Notes: generated by a model not told the origin, from the letters alone. A stretch of DNA of 32,000 bases from Ureaplasma parvum serovar 3 str. ATCC 27815 (GCF_000019345.1 NC_010503.1:630001-662000), one strand, 5' to 3'; positions 11,550 to 26,387 are shown, counted from the stretch's first letter. Program-made: numbers and translations.

Positions 11550-13343
11550 CTATTTTCATAAAATATGGCGGATTCATTTAAATGAATATTGATTAGTAAT
11601 TTGATTATCTTTATAATCGTTTTTATTTAAATACTTGTAGTAGACAATCGTAAACATTAATAAAGAAATAATTAAAATTACAGCACTAGATATTGATAAT
11701 GGCATTGATCACGCCAATAATCCAGCAAACTTAACACTACTTTGGTAATCAACACCAAAACCAACAACAAAAGCAATTACTAAAACTTGCAATAATAATG
11801 TTGGAAAAGGTGATTGTTGCTTTTTAGCAATTAGATCACGATAACGCATTAATGTTAATGACAATGAGTAAAAAATTGCAAATATTGTTAAATGAATATA
11901 TGTATTATCACCAATTAATAATTTTTTAACTACCTCTGCTGAAATTTGCACAAAAGATGTGGTAATTGGATTATCAATACCATATAAATATTTAAAGTTA
12001 GGCCCTGCTGCTCAAATTGGAGTTATTAATTGTTTAATAACAACTTTTCATACCTCAGGATTATGGTTTGTTAAGTGTGCTAAAATCAATCTTGGATCAA
12101 TATGGGCTTGTGCCCCTAAAAAGTATACTAATCGAGGATTATTTAAAATTCCTTGACGAATTGACATATAAAAATGATCTGGTATTTCTGCATCTAAATT
12201 AATATATGCTTCATTTTGTTCTTTAGCATAAACGACTGATAGAGGTTTGATTGAAAAACCAAAAATAATTGCTGCAATCATTAAATAAACAAACAATAAA
12301 CCAAAAACACAAATAAATAATTGGCGCGAATGGTAACGACGATCACGAATAGTTTGTTTTTGAAAAATATAAAATAGGTAATCAGTAAAACCTAATCCAA
12401 TCCCTTGAATAAACAACATCGCATGATATCATAAAATTCGACCAGTTTGTAGATTTAAAGGAACAGAATTTGTCATTTTTTGATTAATTAAATGATATAA
12501 AGCTAATAGAACAAACATTTTTATAATTGAACTAAAAATCGAAATTAAAGTTTGATTTCAAATTTGTTTAATGCTAATTTTTAATAAATTTAATGATAAA
12601 CCTAATTTAGATATCCTTCAATCTTTACTAAATTTAATAATACTAATGGCAATTGTTGAAATAATATAACCAATTGACAATCCTAAACCATACCCACTAT
12701 AAGCTAAAATACTATATTTACCTAATAAAAAACTTGTCACTAAACAAATTGTTCATGTGGCAAAATCTAAAATAATAGTTAATAGAATTTTACGACGATC
12801 ATTTGTTCAAATAGAAATTAAAAAATAATTATGAACTGGTGCTAAAACGATAATCCCCAAACTTGATCATATGTATTGTTCACCAAATAGTTGAGCAAAC
12901 AAGGTATTTTCATGAATGTTTGCATAAAGATTATAAGTATAAGATGTCGCCAAATAAACACCCAACATTATTAAACCGAATGAAAATGCATAAAAACTTG
13001 CTAAGTTAGTTGTTGAATGTGATGGAACAAACTTGTGTTTACTTCCATCATATAGTTTTTTAGCTCATAAGGCTAAAACTACACCTATATTTCCACCTAA
13101 TTGTATAAAACTAAATTGGAAAACAACAATATAGCTAACACTTGTCGCAGCAAATGCACCACTAAAATTATGTAACGCTATTATTATTGTAATTAATAAT
13201 AAAGCTAACGATGAGAACAAACTTGAAGCTATAAACGATGAGCTATCTTTTATGACTTCTCATAATGTTGTAAAAATGCCATAATGTTTTTTAAAAACAT
13301 GACGTTTAATTACAAGGGGCGTTTTTTCAATCGATGATGTCAT
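11550..13343 (-). CDS. Polytopic membrane protein, possibly MATE/MOP (flippase-like) superfamily
   Basis: Continuous frame with TGA=Trp, MTSSIEKTPLVIKRHVFKKHYGIFTTLWEVIKDSSSFIASSLFSSLALLLI...; paralogous to the next gene. Confidence 0.6.
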
Positions 13344-13431
13344 AATTTTCTCCTTTTCAAAATAAGTAATACATTTAAAAATTATACCATTAATATAAAA
13401 ATATTATTTAATATGTGGATATTAAATAATA

Positions 13432-15234
13432 TTAATTTTGACGAACCTTAATTTGTTGTTCTAATTGTTTTTTAGGCATAATTGATAATTTTTCATCATT
13501 GTACTTATGATTCTTTAAATATTTACGATAAATACGTAAAATTTTATAAGTGCTATATCCTAAAATAAAAATACTTGATATAAATAAAGGAAATGATCAA
13601 GCCATTAAACCAATGAAATGTGGATCTGATTGGTGTGTTAACCCAAATCCAGAAGTAAACGCAACCATAACTAATTGAATAACAATCATTACATATGGAG
13701 GACGTTGTCGTCGGGCAATTAATCCTACATAACGACTTAAAATAGAAGAAAAAGAAAAGAATGTACAAAAGAATGATAATAAAATATAAGCATTATTTTT
13801 AATTAAATAACTATAAATATTTGAAGCTGAAATATCAACAAATCGATGTGTAAAAGGATTTTTCATTTGATATATCGTTTCAAATTTATCACCTAGTTTT
13901 CATATTGGATCAATCACTTTTTGCGCCATTGGTAATCAAATATTTTTATCATTTGATGATAAAGCATTAACAACTTCTTGGCGACCAATATTCACATGAC
14001 TAGTAATAATATCTAATAATTTTTCATCATTAATTAAAATTTTTCTTAAAGATTGATAGAAATGTTCGGGAACTTGCTTTTCTAAAAATATATAAGATGG
14101 ACTTTGTTCACTTGTATACAATTGGACTAATTGTTTTACAGAAAAACCAAAAATAACTGAAGTAATTAAAGCAAATAAAATACCTAATATAAAAACTCAA
14201 AAAAATAATTGTCTTGAATGATAACGACAGTCTCTGACTTCTTGTTTTTGATATAAATAAAATAAAAAATCTGACAATCCTAAATTTAACATTTGTATGA
14301 AAATCATTGATTGGTACATTAGAATTCTCGTTGATTGAAAATCTAATAATGATGAACCAACTACACGTGAGTTAATTACCACAAATGTAATTAACAAAAT
14401 AAACATTTTACCAACTGATTTTAATGATGATAAAATCGTTTGAATTCATAATAATTTAATACTTAAAACAAATAATCTTTTTGAAATATATAATGGACGT
14501 AAAACAATTTGGGCTTTTTCAATTGTAGTCATACCAATAATAATAGTTCAAAAAACAAAACCAATTGACATACCAAGGCCATAGCCCCAATAATTTAAAA
14601 CACTATAACTACCTAATAAAAAAGCTGCAATTAATGCGGTTGTTCATGTACAAAAATCTAAAACAATTGCTAATAAAACATTAATGGACTTGGTTGATCT
14701 TATTAACATCAATAAATAGTTTCGCAAAGGTGCTAAACCAACAACTGCTAATCCTGAAACAATATATGCACTACCTACACTTTGATTAATCACTGTATTT
14801 TGGTGATCATTTGCAAAATGATTATAAATGTAAGAGGTTGTAAAATAAATTAATAAAACTACTAAACCAAAGATAAATGAATAAAAACTAGCAGCATTTA
14901 CTGTATCATTTGTAGGTTCAAACTTATACTTACCATCTTTAAATGATCTTTTTGACCAAATCGCAAAAACAATGCCAAAGGTTGTTCCTAATTGTAAAAA
15001 ACTTAACTGAAAGATAGTTAAATAACTAATACTAGTTGCTGCATAAGCACCAATATCTTTATGATGAGCAACAATTACAACAATTAAAATTAATGATAGT
15101 CCTGTAAAAACACTTGCAGCGATAAATGGCGAGCTTTCTTTTAAAAGTTCTAAAAGTGTTCTAAAAACGGTAAGATTTTTTTTAAAATAAGAATCGGATT
15201 TTTTAATAACTTTCATTTGTTTCTGTTCTTCCAA
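13432..15234 (-). CDS. Polytopic membrane protein, possibly MATE/MOP superfamily, paralogue of 11550-13343
   Basis: TTG start 15234 after RBS AAGGGGGAG (alternative ATG 15216); shares LGLSDFLFYLYQKQEVRDCRYHSRQLFF with LGFTDYLFYIFQKQTIRDRRYHSRQLFI of the neighbour. Confidence 0.6.
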
Positions 15235-15296
15235 ATTAAATCTCCCCCTTTTATATAAAAACACCATATAGATTATATCATAAAATATACTAAAAA

Positions 15297-17132
15297 TTAT
15301 ATTTTTTTATTTATTAAAAATTTTTTAATTATTTTTATATAATCATCGATTCAACTATTAAAAATTATATTAACTTCTTCTCAAACATCGTTCTCATTAA
15401 TTTTTATATCTAAAATATTAATTGTTTCAAGAGGAGACAAACTCCCTCCAGATTTAAAAAAACAGAAATATTTTTCTTTAGCGTTTGCTTTATTATTGAA
15501 AATTCTTATCGCATTAATTAATCCACAAATTTGTCCAATAACATATTTATATACATAAAAATTACCAGTATAAAAATGTGGAATGTTAATTAAAATTAAA
15601 GCGTTTGCTTCATCATATTTACTGATTTTGTTTTTATTATATTTATATCCTGTATAATCATGATTTATTTCTAGATAAGCTAAAACTATTTTATTTCAGC
15701 TAAATTCTTCACCTTGATTAATTCATTCATTGGCAACTCACTCAAAATTTGAAAAAATCGCTTGGCGTGTAGTTGTAGCAATAAAACCACTAATCATTTC
15801 ATCTAAAATATAAAGACGCATTAAATCATCATTTTCGTATTTCTTTAATAAATGGTAATTCATTAAGATCTCATTAGTAATGGAAGCAATTTCTGCATAA
15901 AAGGTTTCATATTCATTATATACTTCTTGTGATTGATTAGCAAAATAAGTGTGTACAGAATGCCCTAATTCATGAACTAATGTTAAAATAGAATTATAAG
16001 TTTCATCATAATTCATTAAAATAAAAATTTTATCTAAGCCTTTAGTGTTACTTATAGAATATGCTCCAGAAATTTTATTATTATTTGGCATTCATGATAT
16101 TCATTGCTCATTGAACGCTCTTTGTACAACATTTATATATTCACTACCTAATAATGCCAAAGCTTCTAAAGTTAAGTTTTTAGCAGATTCAATACTAAAC
16201 ATGTTTTTTTTATCAATTATATCTAAATTTTTATCTCATGGTTCAACTTTAGTTAATTGATATTGTTGTTTTAGAAATAATGTTCGATATTTTGTATATC
16301 TATTAATTCCTTTAGCAAATTTTTTTGTTTGTGTATAAATATGATTTATAAAATTTTTATCAACCTTATCACTAAAAGCATCCGCAGAAATATAATCCTT
16401 AAAATTATGTAATTTTGCTAACTCGTTTTGTTTAACATATTCATAATATAATAATTTACTAAAAGTATTACGTAAATCATATATCGCTTTAAAATGAGAT
16501 TCATAAGCTGATTTTCGTAAAGCACGATCATTTGATTTAGATGCAACATAAAGATCAGTTTGATTTTTAAAACAAACTTTTTGTTTTTTATAGTTTATAC
16601 CATCCTGATACTGCATATCTGAATCTAATAAAACATCAAAAATATCACCAAAACTTGAACTAAAACGGCTAATAGCTGTAACAACTTTTTGTTGTTGTTC
16701 ATTTAAAATATGTTTTTCGTAACGTCATAATTCTTCATATTCTAATTGGTATTTAATTAATGAAGAATTTTTTAAATATGAATTAATTAAATCTTTATTT
16801 TTTATTGCTAAATTTTCAAAATTAATAAAAATTTTAGCTACACGATGTTGTTCATGTTCAATTTTTTGAGACCAAGCAAGCATTTCATTATCGATTAAAT
16901 TTGTTTGCAATTTATTTGAAACATAATTGTTAATTCGATTACTAATTAATAAATTTTTTTCTGAAACTTCGTGAAAATTAATAAAATCATTTAAACTATT
17001 AATCCACTTTTCAAAAGCTTTTATTAATTCATTATTTGATTCAACAAATTCATTGAACAAAATATCTAGTTTCTTGCCTTTTAATAATGAATCTATATCT
17101 CAATCATATTTTTTATCATTAATATCATTCAT
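15297..17132 (-). CDS. pepF: Oligoendopeptidase F (M3 family)
   Basis: MNDINDKKYDWDIDSLLKGKK...; metal site TLVHELGHSVHTYFANQSQ (HExxH-type), SGAYSI upstream; frame open with TGA=Trp. Confidence 0.92.
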
Positions 17133-17163
17133 TTAAACTAAATTTCCTTTTATAGAGTTATAG

Positions 17164-17204
17164 AAAAAAATGACCAAGTTTACTAAAAGACTTAGTCATT
17201 TTTT
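17164..17204 (-). terminator. Terminator downstream of tuf
   Basis: AAAATGACCAAGT ... ACTTAGTCATTTT stem (one mismatch), T-run on the minus strand. Confidence 0.75.
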
Positions 17205-17226
17205 GTTTTTTGTTTTTTTAAAATTA

Positions 17227-18411
17227 TTAATTACTTGTTTTAATTACGCTACCATGACCTACAGTTTTACCACCTTCACGGATTGAGAATTTAGATCCAT
17301 CTTCAATCGCAACTGGAGCAATTAATTCTACAGTCATTTCAACGTCATCACCTGGCATAACCAAATCAACACCAGCAGGTAATGAAATAGCACCTGTTAC
17401 ATCTGTTGTTCTAAAATAGAATTGTGGACGGTATCCTGAAACAATAGGTGTATGACGTCCACCTTCTTCTTTTTTAAGAATATAAACTTTAGCAGTAAAA
17501 GTACGGTGAGGTTTAATTGATCCTGGTTTTACAAGTACTTGACCACGTTCAACATCTTCTTTTTTAATACCACGTAATAAAATACCAGCATTATCACCAG
17601 CTTCAGCTTGATCTAATGATTTTCTAAACATTTCAATTCCTGTAACAACAGTTTTTTGAGTGTCTTTTAGACCAACAATTTCAACCTCATCATTAACTTT
17701 TAATACACCACGTTCAACACGTCCAGTTACTACTGTACCACGTCCTGAAATTGTGAATACATCTTCAATTGCTAATAAGAATGGTTTGTCAGTACTACGT
17801 TCTGGTAATGGAATTCATGAATCAACTGCGTCCATTAATTCATCAATTTTTGCTTCTCAAACTGGATCTCCTTCTAAAGCCTTAAGACCTGAACCACGAA
17901 TAACTGGTGTGTTATCGCCATCAAATCCATATTTAGATAATAATTCACGAACTTCCATTTCAACAAGATCTTGCATATCTGGATCTGTCATGAAATCACA
18001 TTTGTTTAAGAAAACAACGATTTTTGGAACACCAACTTGACGTGCTAATAAAATATGTTCTTTAGTTTGAGCCATAACCCCATCAGATGCAGCAATAACT
18101 AAAATTGCTCCATCCATTTGTGCTGCCCCTGTAATCATATTTTTTACATAATCGGCATGTCCTGGACAGTCAACGTGTGCATAGTGACGTGTTTTTGTTT
18201 CATATTCAACGTGAGAAGCGTTAATTGTAATACCACGTTCTCTTTCTTCTGGTGTTTTATCAACATCAGCATATGATTGTGCAATAGCTTGTCCTTTTTT
18301 GGCAAGTACAGTACTAATTGCAGCTGTTAAAGTAGTTTTACCATGGTCAACGTGGCCTATAGTACCAATGTTAACGTGAGGTTTTGTTCTTTCAAATTTA
18401 GCTTTAGCCAT
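17227..18411 (-). CDS. tuf: Elongation factor Tu
   Basis: [32 protein letters not shown]...; two track ORFs joined across TGA Trp codons. Confidence 0.99.
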
Positions 18412-18547
18412 TTTAAATCTCCTTAAAAATTAATTTATTTTCTAAATAATTTTTGAATACATAATAAAAGGTATTATACCTTATAATTATAACATTTTAA
18501 CTTTTTAGATTATTAATTAAATACTTTATTGTTAATTGTTAAAATAA

Positions 18548-20614
18548 TTATTTTTTTGCACGTGCTACCATTACTTCTTCAGTAACAGACTTAGGTGCTT
18601 GTGCATAGTGACTGAATTGCATAATATATTGACCACGTCCTTGTGTATTTGAACGTAAATCCGTTGCATATCCAAACATTTCTGATAGCGGAACTTTAGC
18701 TTTAATAGCTTGTGCATTACCACGTTGTTCTTGTCCTTCAATTACACCACGACGTTTTGAAATATCGCCCATTACCGTCCCAAAATAATCATCAGGTGTA
18801 GTTACATCAACTGACATAATAGGTTCTAATAAAACTGGTTTGCATACTTTTGCTGCTTCTTTAAAAGCAAGAGATGCAGCAATTTTATAAGCCATACCAG
18901 ATGAATCAACATCATGATATGAACCATCAAAAATAGTTGCTTTAACGTCAATTGTTTGATAACCAGCAATTGGCCCTGATGTTAATGCCTCAATCAAGCC
19001 GTTTTCAACTTCTTTAATATATTCTTTTGGTACTTTACCACCTACAATGTTGTCAACAAATTCAAATCCTTTATCATGATTAGGTTCAAATTTAATTCAG
19101 ACATGCCCATATTGACCACGTCCACCAGATTGCTTAATATACTTACCTTCAGCATCAGCAACTTCAGTAAATGTCTCACGATAACTAACTTGAGGAGCAC
19201 CTACATTAACTTGAACATTAAATTCACGACGCATACGATCAACCAAAACATCTAAATGTAATTCACCCATTCCAGCAATAATAGTTTGACCTGTTTCTTC
19301 ATTTGTGTATGTTCTAAAAGTTGGATCTTCTTCAGCTAATTTAGATAAAGCTAAACTCATCTTTTCTTGATCTGCTTTAGTTTTTGGTTCAACAGATAAA
19401 GAAATAACAGGTTCTGCAAATACCATTTGTTCTAAAATAACTGGTTTTTTTTCATCACAAATTGTATCACCAGTAGTAGTGTCTTTTAATCCAATTACAG
19501 CACAAATATCACCAGCACTAATTGAATCAATCTCATCACGGTTGTTTGAATGCATTTTTACAAGACGAGAAATTCTTTCTTTTTTATCTTTTGTTGCATT
19601 GTAAATATAAGTACCTTTGTCAAGTTTACCACTATATACACGAATATATGTTAAACGTCCAACAAAAGGATCAGTTGCGACTTTGAAGGCAAGGGCAGCA
19701 AATGGTTCATTTGGATCATTATGATATTCAATTGGATTACCATGATCATCAACACCTTTAATTGGTGGAACATCAATTGGTGAAGGTAAGAAATCAACAA
19801 CTGCGTCTAATAATTTTTTAACACCTTTGTTTTTAAAAGCTGTACCACATAATACTGGGTATAATTCAGTTGAAATTACTCCTTTACGAATACATTTTTT
19901 AATATCTTCATGACTTAGTTCTTCACCAGATAAGTATTTTTCCATCACTTCATCATCAAAAACAGCTACATCATCGATCATTTGTGAACGCATTACTTGT
20001 GCTTTTGTTAAGTAATCAGCTGGAATATCTTCAATTTTATATTCTTCATCAGCTTTTCCATCATAAATATAAGCTTTCATTTCAATTAAATCAATACTTC
20101 CAACAAAATCGGCTTCAGCACCAATTGGAATTTGAATAGCTGTGGCTTTAACACCTAAACGATTCTTCATTGTCTCAATTGAGTAATAAAAATCAGCACC
20201 TGTTTTATCCATCTTATTAACAAAAACGATTCTTGGAACATTATATTTAGTAGCTTGTCTTCAGACTGTTTCAGTTTGTGGTTCAACTCCATTTTGACCA
20301 TCTAGAACAGCGACAGCTCCATCTAAAACACGCAAAGAACGTTCTACTTCAACAGTAAAATCAACGTGTCCCGGTGTATCAATTAAATTTAAACTATGAC
20401 CTTTTCATTTTGCATAAGTTGCTGCTGATGTAATGGTAATTCCACGTTCTTTTTCTTGTGCCATTCAATCCATTGTTGCAGCACCATCGTGAGTCTCTCC
20501 GATTTTATGATTCTTTCCTGTATGATATAAAATCCGTTCAGAGGTTGTTGTTTTACCAGCATCAATGTGTGCCATGATTCCAAAGTTACGAAATAATTTT
20601 AATTCTTTAGACAT
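18548..20614 (-). CDS. fusA: Elongation factor G
   Basis: [33 protein letters not shown]...; ends ...[10 protein letters not shown]. Confidence 0.98.
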
Positions 20615-20640
20615 ATATTAACAATTCCTTAAAACAAATT

Positions 20641-21108
<468 letters not shown>

Positions 21109-21135
21109 TTTTTTCGATCTCCTAACTAAATTTAA

Positions 21136-21561
21136 TTATTTAGATGCTTCTTTTTTAGGACGTTTAGCACCGTATAGTGAACGTTGTTGACGACGTTTTT
21201 CAACACCTGATGCGTCGCCAGCACCACGAACAATATGATAACGAACCCCTGGTAAGTCTTTAACTCTTCCCCCACGAATAACTACGACACTGTGTTCTTG
21301 TAAGTTATGTCCTTCACCTGGAATGTAAGCTAAAACTTCAAAACCATTACTTAAACGAACTTTAGCATATTTACGTAAAGCTGAGTTAGGTTTTTTAGGT
21401 GTCATTGTACCAACTCTAGTACAAACACCAGATTTTAGAGGTGATGGGTTTTTTGTTGTTTTTTTATGTAATGAGTTGTATGTAAATAAAAGAGCAGGTG
21501 ATTTAGTTTTTTTTACTTTAGGTGCTCGTTTATTACGAATCAATTGCGCAATTGTAGGCAT
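21136..21561 (-). CDS. rpsL: Ribosomal protein S12
   Basis: [14 protein letters not shown]...[39 protein letters not shown]. Confidence 0.99.
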   Translation of the reverse strand: MPTIAQLIRNKRAPKVKKTKSPALLFTYNSLHKKTTKNPSPLKSGVCTRVGTMTPKKPNSALRKYAKVRLSNGFEVLAYIPGEGHNLQEHSVVVIRGGRVKDLPGVRYHIVRGAGDASGVEKRRQQRSLYGAKRPKKEASK

Positions 21562-21681
21562 GTAAATTTCCTTTCATTTTTTATGTTAATTATAGACAAC
21601 GACTCCGTGCGTATCAAAAAAGTAAAATTACGATTGATAAAACACGTTACAAATTATAAACGAAAAAATTATAAAAGTAAA

Positions 21682-21719
21682 TAAAAAAGAGCAAAAACAA
21701 ATTTTTTACTCTTTTTTTA
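21682..21719 (-). terminator. Terminator after the acid phosphatase lipoprotein gene
   Basis: TAAAAAAGAG...CTCTTTTTTTA hairpin between 21744 (stop) and the str operon. Confidence 0.55.
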
Positions 21720-21743
21720 GGATTTAAATATGAAATTAAAAAT

Positions 21744-23258
21744 TATTTATTTGCTTTTTGGTTCTCAATATAGTTGTTTTATGTAATCTTTTAGTGCTTT
21801 AGCTTGACCTTCTTTGCCTAATCCATAATAGCCTTTAGCGATTCCTGCTTCAAAACCACCATAAGATGAATTACCACCTATTAATACATAAGATTCTGAT
21901 CAAGTTTCATCAGATTTCACCATTTGACCGTTTTGATTTTTTTCGTATTTAACACCTTTATTATTTATATCAAAATTACCAAATAATTTACCATATTCTT
22001 TTAATAATGCTACACGTTCACTATTAAGTTTACCTTTTGAAGCATTATCATTAAAGTCATCAAAATTATCACCAATACGCATTACAGTTTTTAAAACTAC
22101 AGCATTACCACTACCGAATTCACTTAAATCATAACCTTGTGTACGCTTATTCATAGCATTCATACGGTCTTCTTTAGTAGATTTTACACGTTTTCCTTGT
22201 GCATCTTTTTTAATATTTGCTCATGGTTTATCGCTACTAAAATCTACTCCTTGCATTCAAAAAATTCATTTAGGTAATAAACTACGTTCTAAGCCTTCAC
22301 TAACCAAGTTTTCAATAGTTGGATCGACTTGGTTTTCTTGTTCACGGTTTGAGTTGAACATTACGACTCCACCATGTTCTCAAACATATTTAATGAATTC
22401 AAAAGCTCCAGCTAATCGTTTTGAAACCTTGTCATTCACAAATGCATCTCAATCCTTTGGATTATAAGCTTTATTATTTAATAATTGATAGTTTTGATTA
22501 GCGTAATTATTTAAAATTGTTTCATCAATATCCATAAATACTACAGGAATTGCCTTATTACTTTCAGGATTAGAAACTGTTACCTTTGTAATATTACCAT
22601 TTGAATCTTTTTCTACTTTTACTTTACTTGTATCAAAATCACTTTGTTTAATCATTGCATCAAATTGGTGTTTTGCACTATTATACTCTGTTAATAGCAT
22701 CCCATCTTTTTCAGCACTTAATGTGTTTCAAATATTAGCTAATCAACGTTGGTTGTAAATAATTGATTCTGCACTATTATATGATTTTATTTCATTTTTT
22801 TCATTACTATGACTTATTTGAACCTTTGGTCCATCATTTAATTCAATATTGCTTATATTTAGTGTTGTTACATAAACAGCACCTTTTTTTAAATTAGCAT
22901 CATCTGGTTTAATAATTACACGATCATCTTTTTTTGGTTCACGTGCTAATTTTACATAAACTCTACCATCCCTTAAAATCCCTGTAGATGATGTAAATTC
23001 AGCATTATTATCTTTATCAATAACACTAGTTTTAAAATTAAGATTTTGTAATGATTTTTTTTGGTTATCATCTAATTTAGTTCAATTTGTAATCTCATAA
23101 ATTGCATAAACACCATTTTGAGTTCTAACAAAAGATGAACTTACAGTTGATTCGATATTAGAGTTAGTACAAGCAGTAGCTGTAGCAATAATACTTGTAC
23201 TAACTATTATTGAACCTAATGATATAGCTCAAAATTTCTTATTTTTCAATAATTTCAT
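21744..23258 (-). CDS. 5'-nucleotidase/acid phosphatase lipoprotein, e(P4)-like HAD family
   Basis: MKLLKNKKFWAISLGSIIVSTSIIATATACTN lipobox; VVFMDIDETILNNYANQ (DxDxT); GGVVMFNSNREQ; RIGDNFDDF. Confidence 0.85.
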
Positions 23259-23468
23259 AAAAACTCCTTAAACAAAAAACATCTTTTTTAAATTTTTAAT
23301 ACCAAAATTATAGTATGAAAAACCAATTATAAAGTAATGAAAAATTAAAAATATTAATAATAAAAATTTATTTATTTTTTTAAAAAATTAATTAAATTAA
23401 ATCATGAATCTTATTGTATAATTATGAATTGTATATACAAGTAAACTACAATTTTTACTTTATAATTT

Positions 23469-26384
23469 CTATTCTACATCTCAATCTTCATTAAATAAAG
23501 CAATTGATAATACCAACGCAATAGCTTGAGTTCGTTTTTTAATTTGTTCTGGTTGAAGTTCTTCTTTATCACTTAATTTTAAACTCATAAGTGCTTCTTT
23601 AAATACATCTTCATTAACATCAATTTTATTAGATTTTAACTTTTCATTTATTTTTGTGAATTCATTGTAAAGTTTTGTTATTTGTTCCTCATTTAATCCT
23701 TTGTATAATCAAAGATTTTGAATGATAGGTGCATTTTTATAACGTTGTTTTTTATCTTTAAATTCTTTATTATTAAGAGCTGAGTTGTATTCTTTAGTAA
23801 GTGGTATTAAATTACCAATATTATTTTTAACAATATTAAATCTTTCATCTTTTAATGATTGTGAATACATGTGTTCAATTGTTAAATCTGCTTTTTCATT
23901 ATCAGCATTACTTGGTGGATAAAAAAATACTTTTGTATCCTTATTTTTATTTATTTGCGTATCATCAAGAAAAAAAGTTAAATAAGTTTCAAATCTAATT
24001 AAATAAGCCAAATGAATATCACTAACCTTTTCATCAAGCATTTTGTTATAAAAATTTTTAATATTTTTTATTTCCATTTGATTATTGCTATTAAAAACAT
24101 CTAAAAATTTTTTTGATAAATTAATATTTTTAATGGAATTTATATTGTTTTTGTTAATATCATTATCAATTAACTTAATTAATTTAATAACACTATTTAA
24201 AATACTTTGACCACGAGTATTTAATAAAACATTTCTCAATGAAAAATTAGCAATCACGCTAACATATTCTTCAATATTAATTCTTAATTTGCTTTTATCA
24301 AAATTACCATTGTTATCAAAATCATACAATACATCCTCAGTAAATATTTTCTCTAATAAATAAACTAATAAAGGAATATAATTCTTTTTCTTTTTGTTCG
24401 TTAAGATTAGTAAATAATCACTAATTAAATAAAAATTACAATTATTGTTTGTGAATTTATCTTTGATTGTTAAGTCATTGTAAATATCTATATATTTACT
24501 AAAATATTTCAAACACGCTTTTCAATTATTTTTTAAAGTAAATTTTTTATTAATAATTTCAATAATAAAAAATCAACTTTTATTATAATATTCATCATCT
24601 TTATCGTTTTTTTCAAATCTTTTTAAATCCTCATCTTTACAAAGATTTAAAGCACTTAATGAATCAACAAATTCGTTAAAACGTTTTACTTCAATAATAT
24701 TTTCATCTTTTTTTAATAAAAATTTTTTCGTTATTAAATCATTATATTTCTGTTGGAATTCTTCTTTATTTTTAAAAATTGATTCTTTAAAATTTTCATA
24801 TCAACAAAACTTATTTTTTAACAATTCAATAGCGTTAAGTTTTTTAGCATTAGTATTTAATGATTCAAAAGTTTTAAATTCATCAACATTTTTTAAAATA
24901 ACTAAATTGAGGATTAAATTATTAAATAAGGCGTTAGCAAAATTCGCTCATTCTTTAAATTCTTTTGGTTTTTCTTCAAATCATTCAACAATATCTTTTA
25001 GATTCATAAAAATATGATTGTTTTTATTATCTAATTCATCATTAGATAATATTTGTTTTAAAGCTTCATAGTCAGGATTGCCACCAATACGACTAAAGCG
25101 ATCAATTATAAACTCTCTGTTAAAAAAGATATCTTTTAAATGACTTAGTTGCTTTATTTGTTCGTTTGTAAATTTTGTTATTTCTTCTCTGTTGTTATAC
25201 AAGAAAATAATAAATGCTTTTGTAATTAAAAATAAGGTTGTTAATCGTTGTTGACCATCAATAATTTGAATATTATCAATAGATTCTTCTTTAACTAAGA
25301 CACTAATGATACTACCTAAAAAATGGTTTTCATTATTTTGTTTGTTACTAATATCATTAATATCTTCTAGCAATTTTTCAATATTATCAATTGTTCAAAC
25401 ATAATTACGTTGAAAAACTGGAATACTCATTTTAATTGTTTCATTCTTGTTTAAAAATTTAATCAATCATACTAAATTAAAAATATAAGCATCACCATTA
25501 TCTGAAGCCAACTTCTTTGTACCATCTAATTTAGTCACTTCAATAGAATTGTCATTTGAAATTAATGGTAATTTTCAATTAGTAACTAATTCACACGAAT
25601 CACTATATTCTTCAAAATTAAATTTTTTATTATCTTTTTCTTGTTGAGTTTTCGCTGTTCTTAAAAAATCTGGTTTATTTTTAGTTTTATTTATATTAGT
25701 TTGATTGTTTGGATTTGCTTTATTTTCATCATTAGTTTTTGCTCAATAGTTTTCAAATTTGGTAATTAATTCATTAGAAATTATTTGATCTTTAAAATAA
25801 TTTTCAACAAATTCTTTATATTGTTTAAAATGCTTAAAATTGCTATCATTTTGCTTAGGTTCATAGTAGTATTCAAATAATTCTTTTTTAGTTAAATAAT
25901 CATTGTGTTTTTTATAATGTAGTAATGATAAGAAAATAGTTAAAACAAAATCTTTATTTTTTTGATCTATTGTTTCATTTTGAAAAAAATCATTTAAATC
26001 TAAATTTCTTAAAAATTTATTAACAAAAACATTTGTGATGTGTTTATTGATGCTTTTTTCGGTGTTATCTGATACATTAAAAGTAAATATATAATCTTTA
26101 AGAGTGTCATTTTTGTATGTATTAATTGTTTTATTTTTATCACTATCTACAATAATTTGTAAATAATAAAGAACACGTATTAATTCATAAGATGAACGTT
26201 TAAAACTAAATTCAACTTTTTTTTGATTTTTATCATTAATTAAAATTTTTCATTCTTGATCATTAGTATCAAGGTGTAATTTCTCATTCGAAAAAATCTT
26301 TTTAACATTATTTTCATTGCAGATCAAATATTTAATAAATGTATTAATACTTGTACTTATTTTTCAAAACTTTAATTTAGCCAT
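23469..26384 (-). CDS. DUF262 + DUF1524 (GmrSD/HNH-type) nuclease, 971 aa, with an unusual ~330-aa N-terminal region
   Basis: Length divisible by 3 (972 codons incl. stop) and frame open with TGA=Trp. DUF262: MSIPVFQRNYVWTIDNIEKLLEDI...IIDGQQRLTTLFLI; DUF1524: TIEHMYSQSLKDERF..NNIGNLIPLTKEYNSALNNKEF. Starts MAKLKFWKIST. Confidence 0.87.
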
Positions 26385-26387
26385 AAA

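Noticed and set aside
13553-13768. Minus-strand 71-aa ORF.
   Set aside because: Different frame from the continuous membrane-protein gene 13432-15234.
17660-18040. Plus-strand 126-aa ORF.
   Set aside because: Antisense to tuf; a by-product of biased codon usage in a conserved gene.
20389-20583. Minus-strand [16 protein letters not shown]....
   Set aside because: Out-of-frame reading inside the start of fusA.
25428-25502. Possible frameshift splitting the DUF262 protein into two genes, with a restart at MSIPVFQRNYVW.
   Set aside because: The span 23469-26384 is a multiple of three and the reading across the A-tract is smooth (…DNGDAYIFNLVWLIKFLNKNETIKMSIPVFQ…), so one long protein is the better reading.
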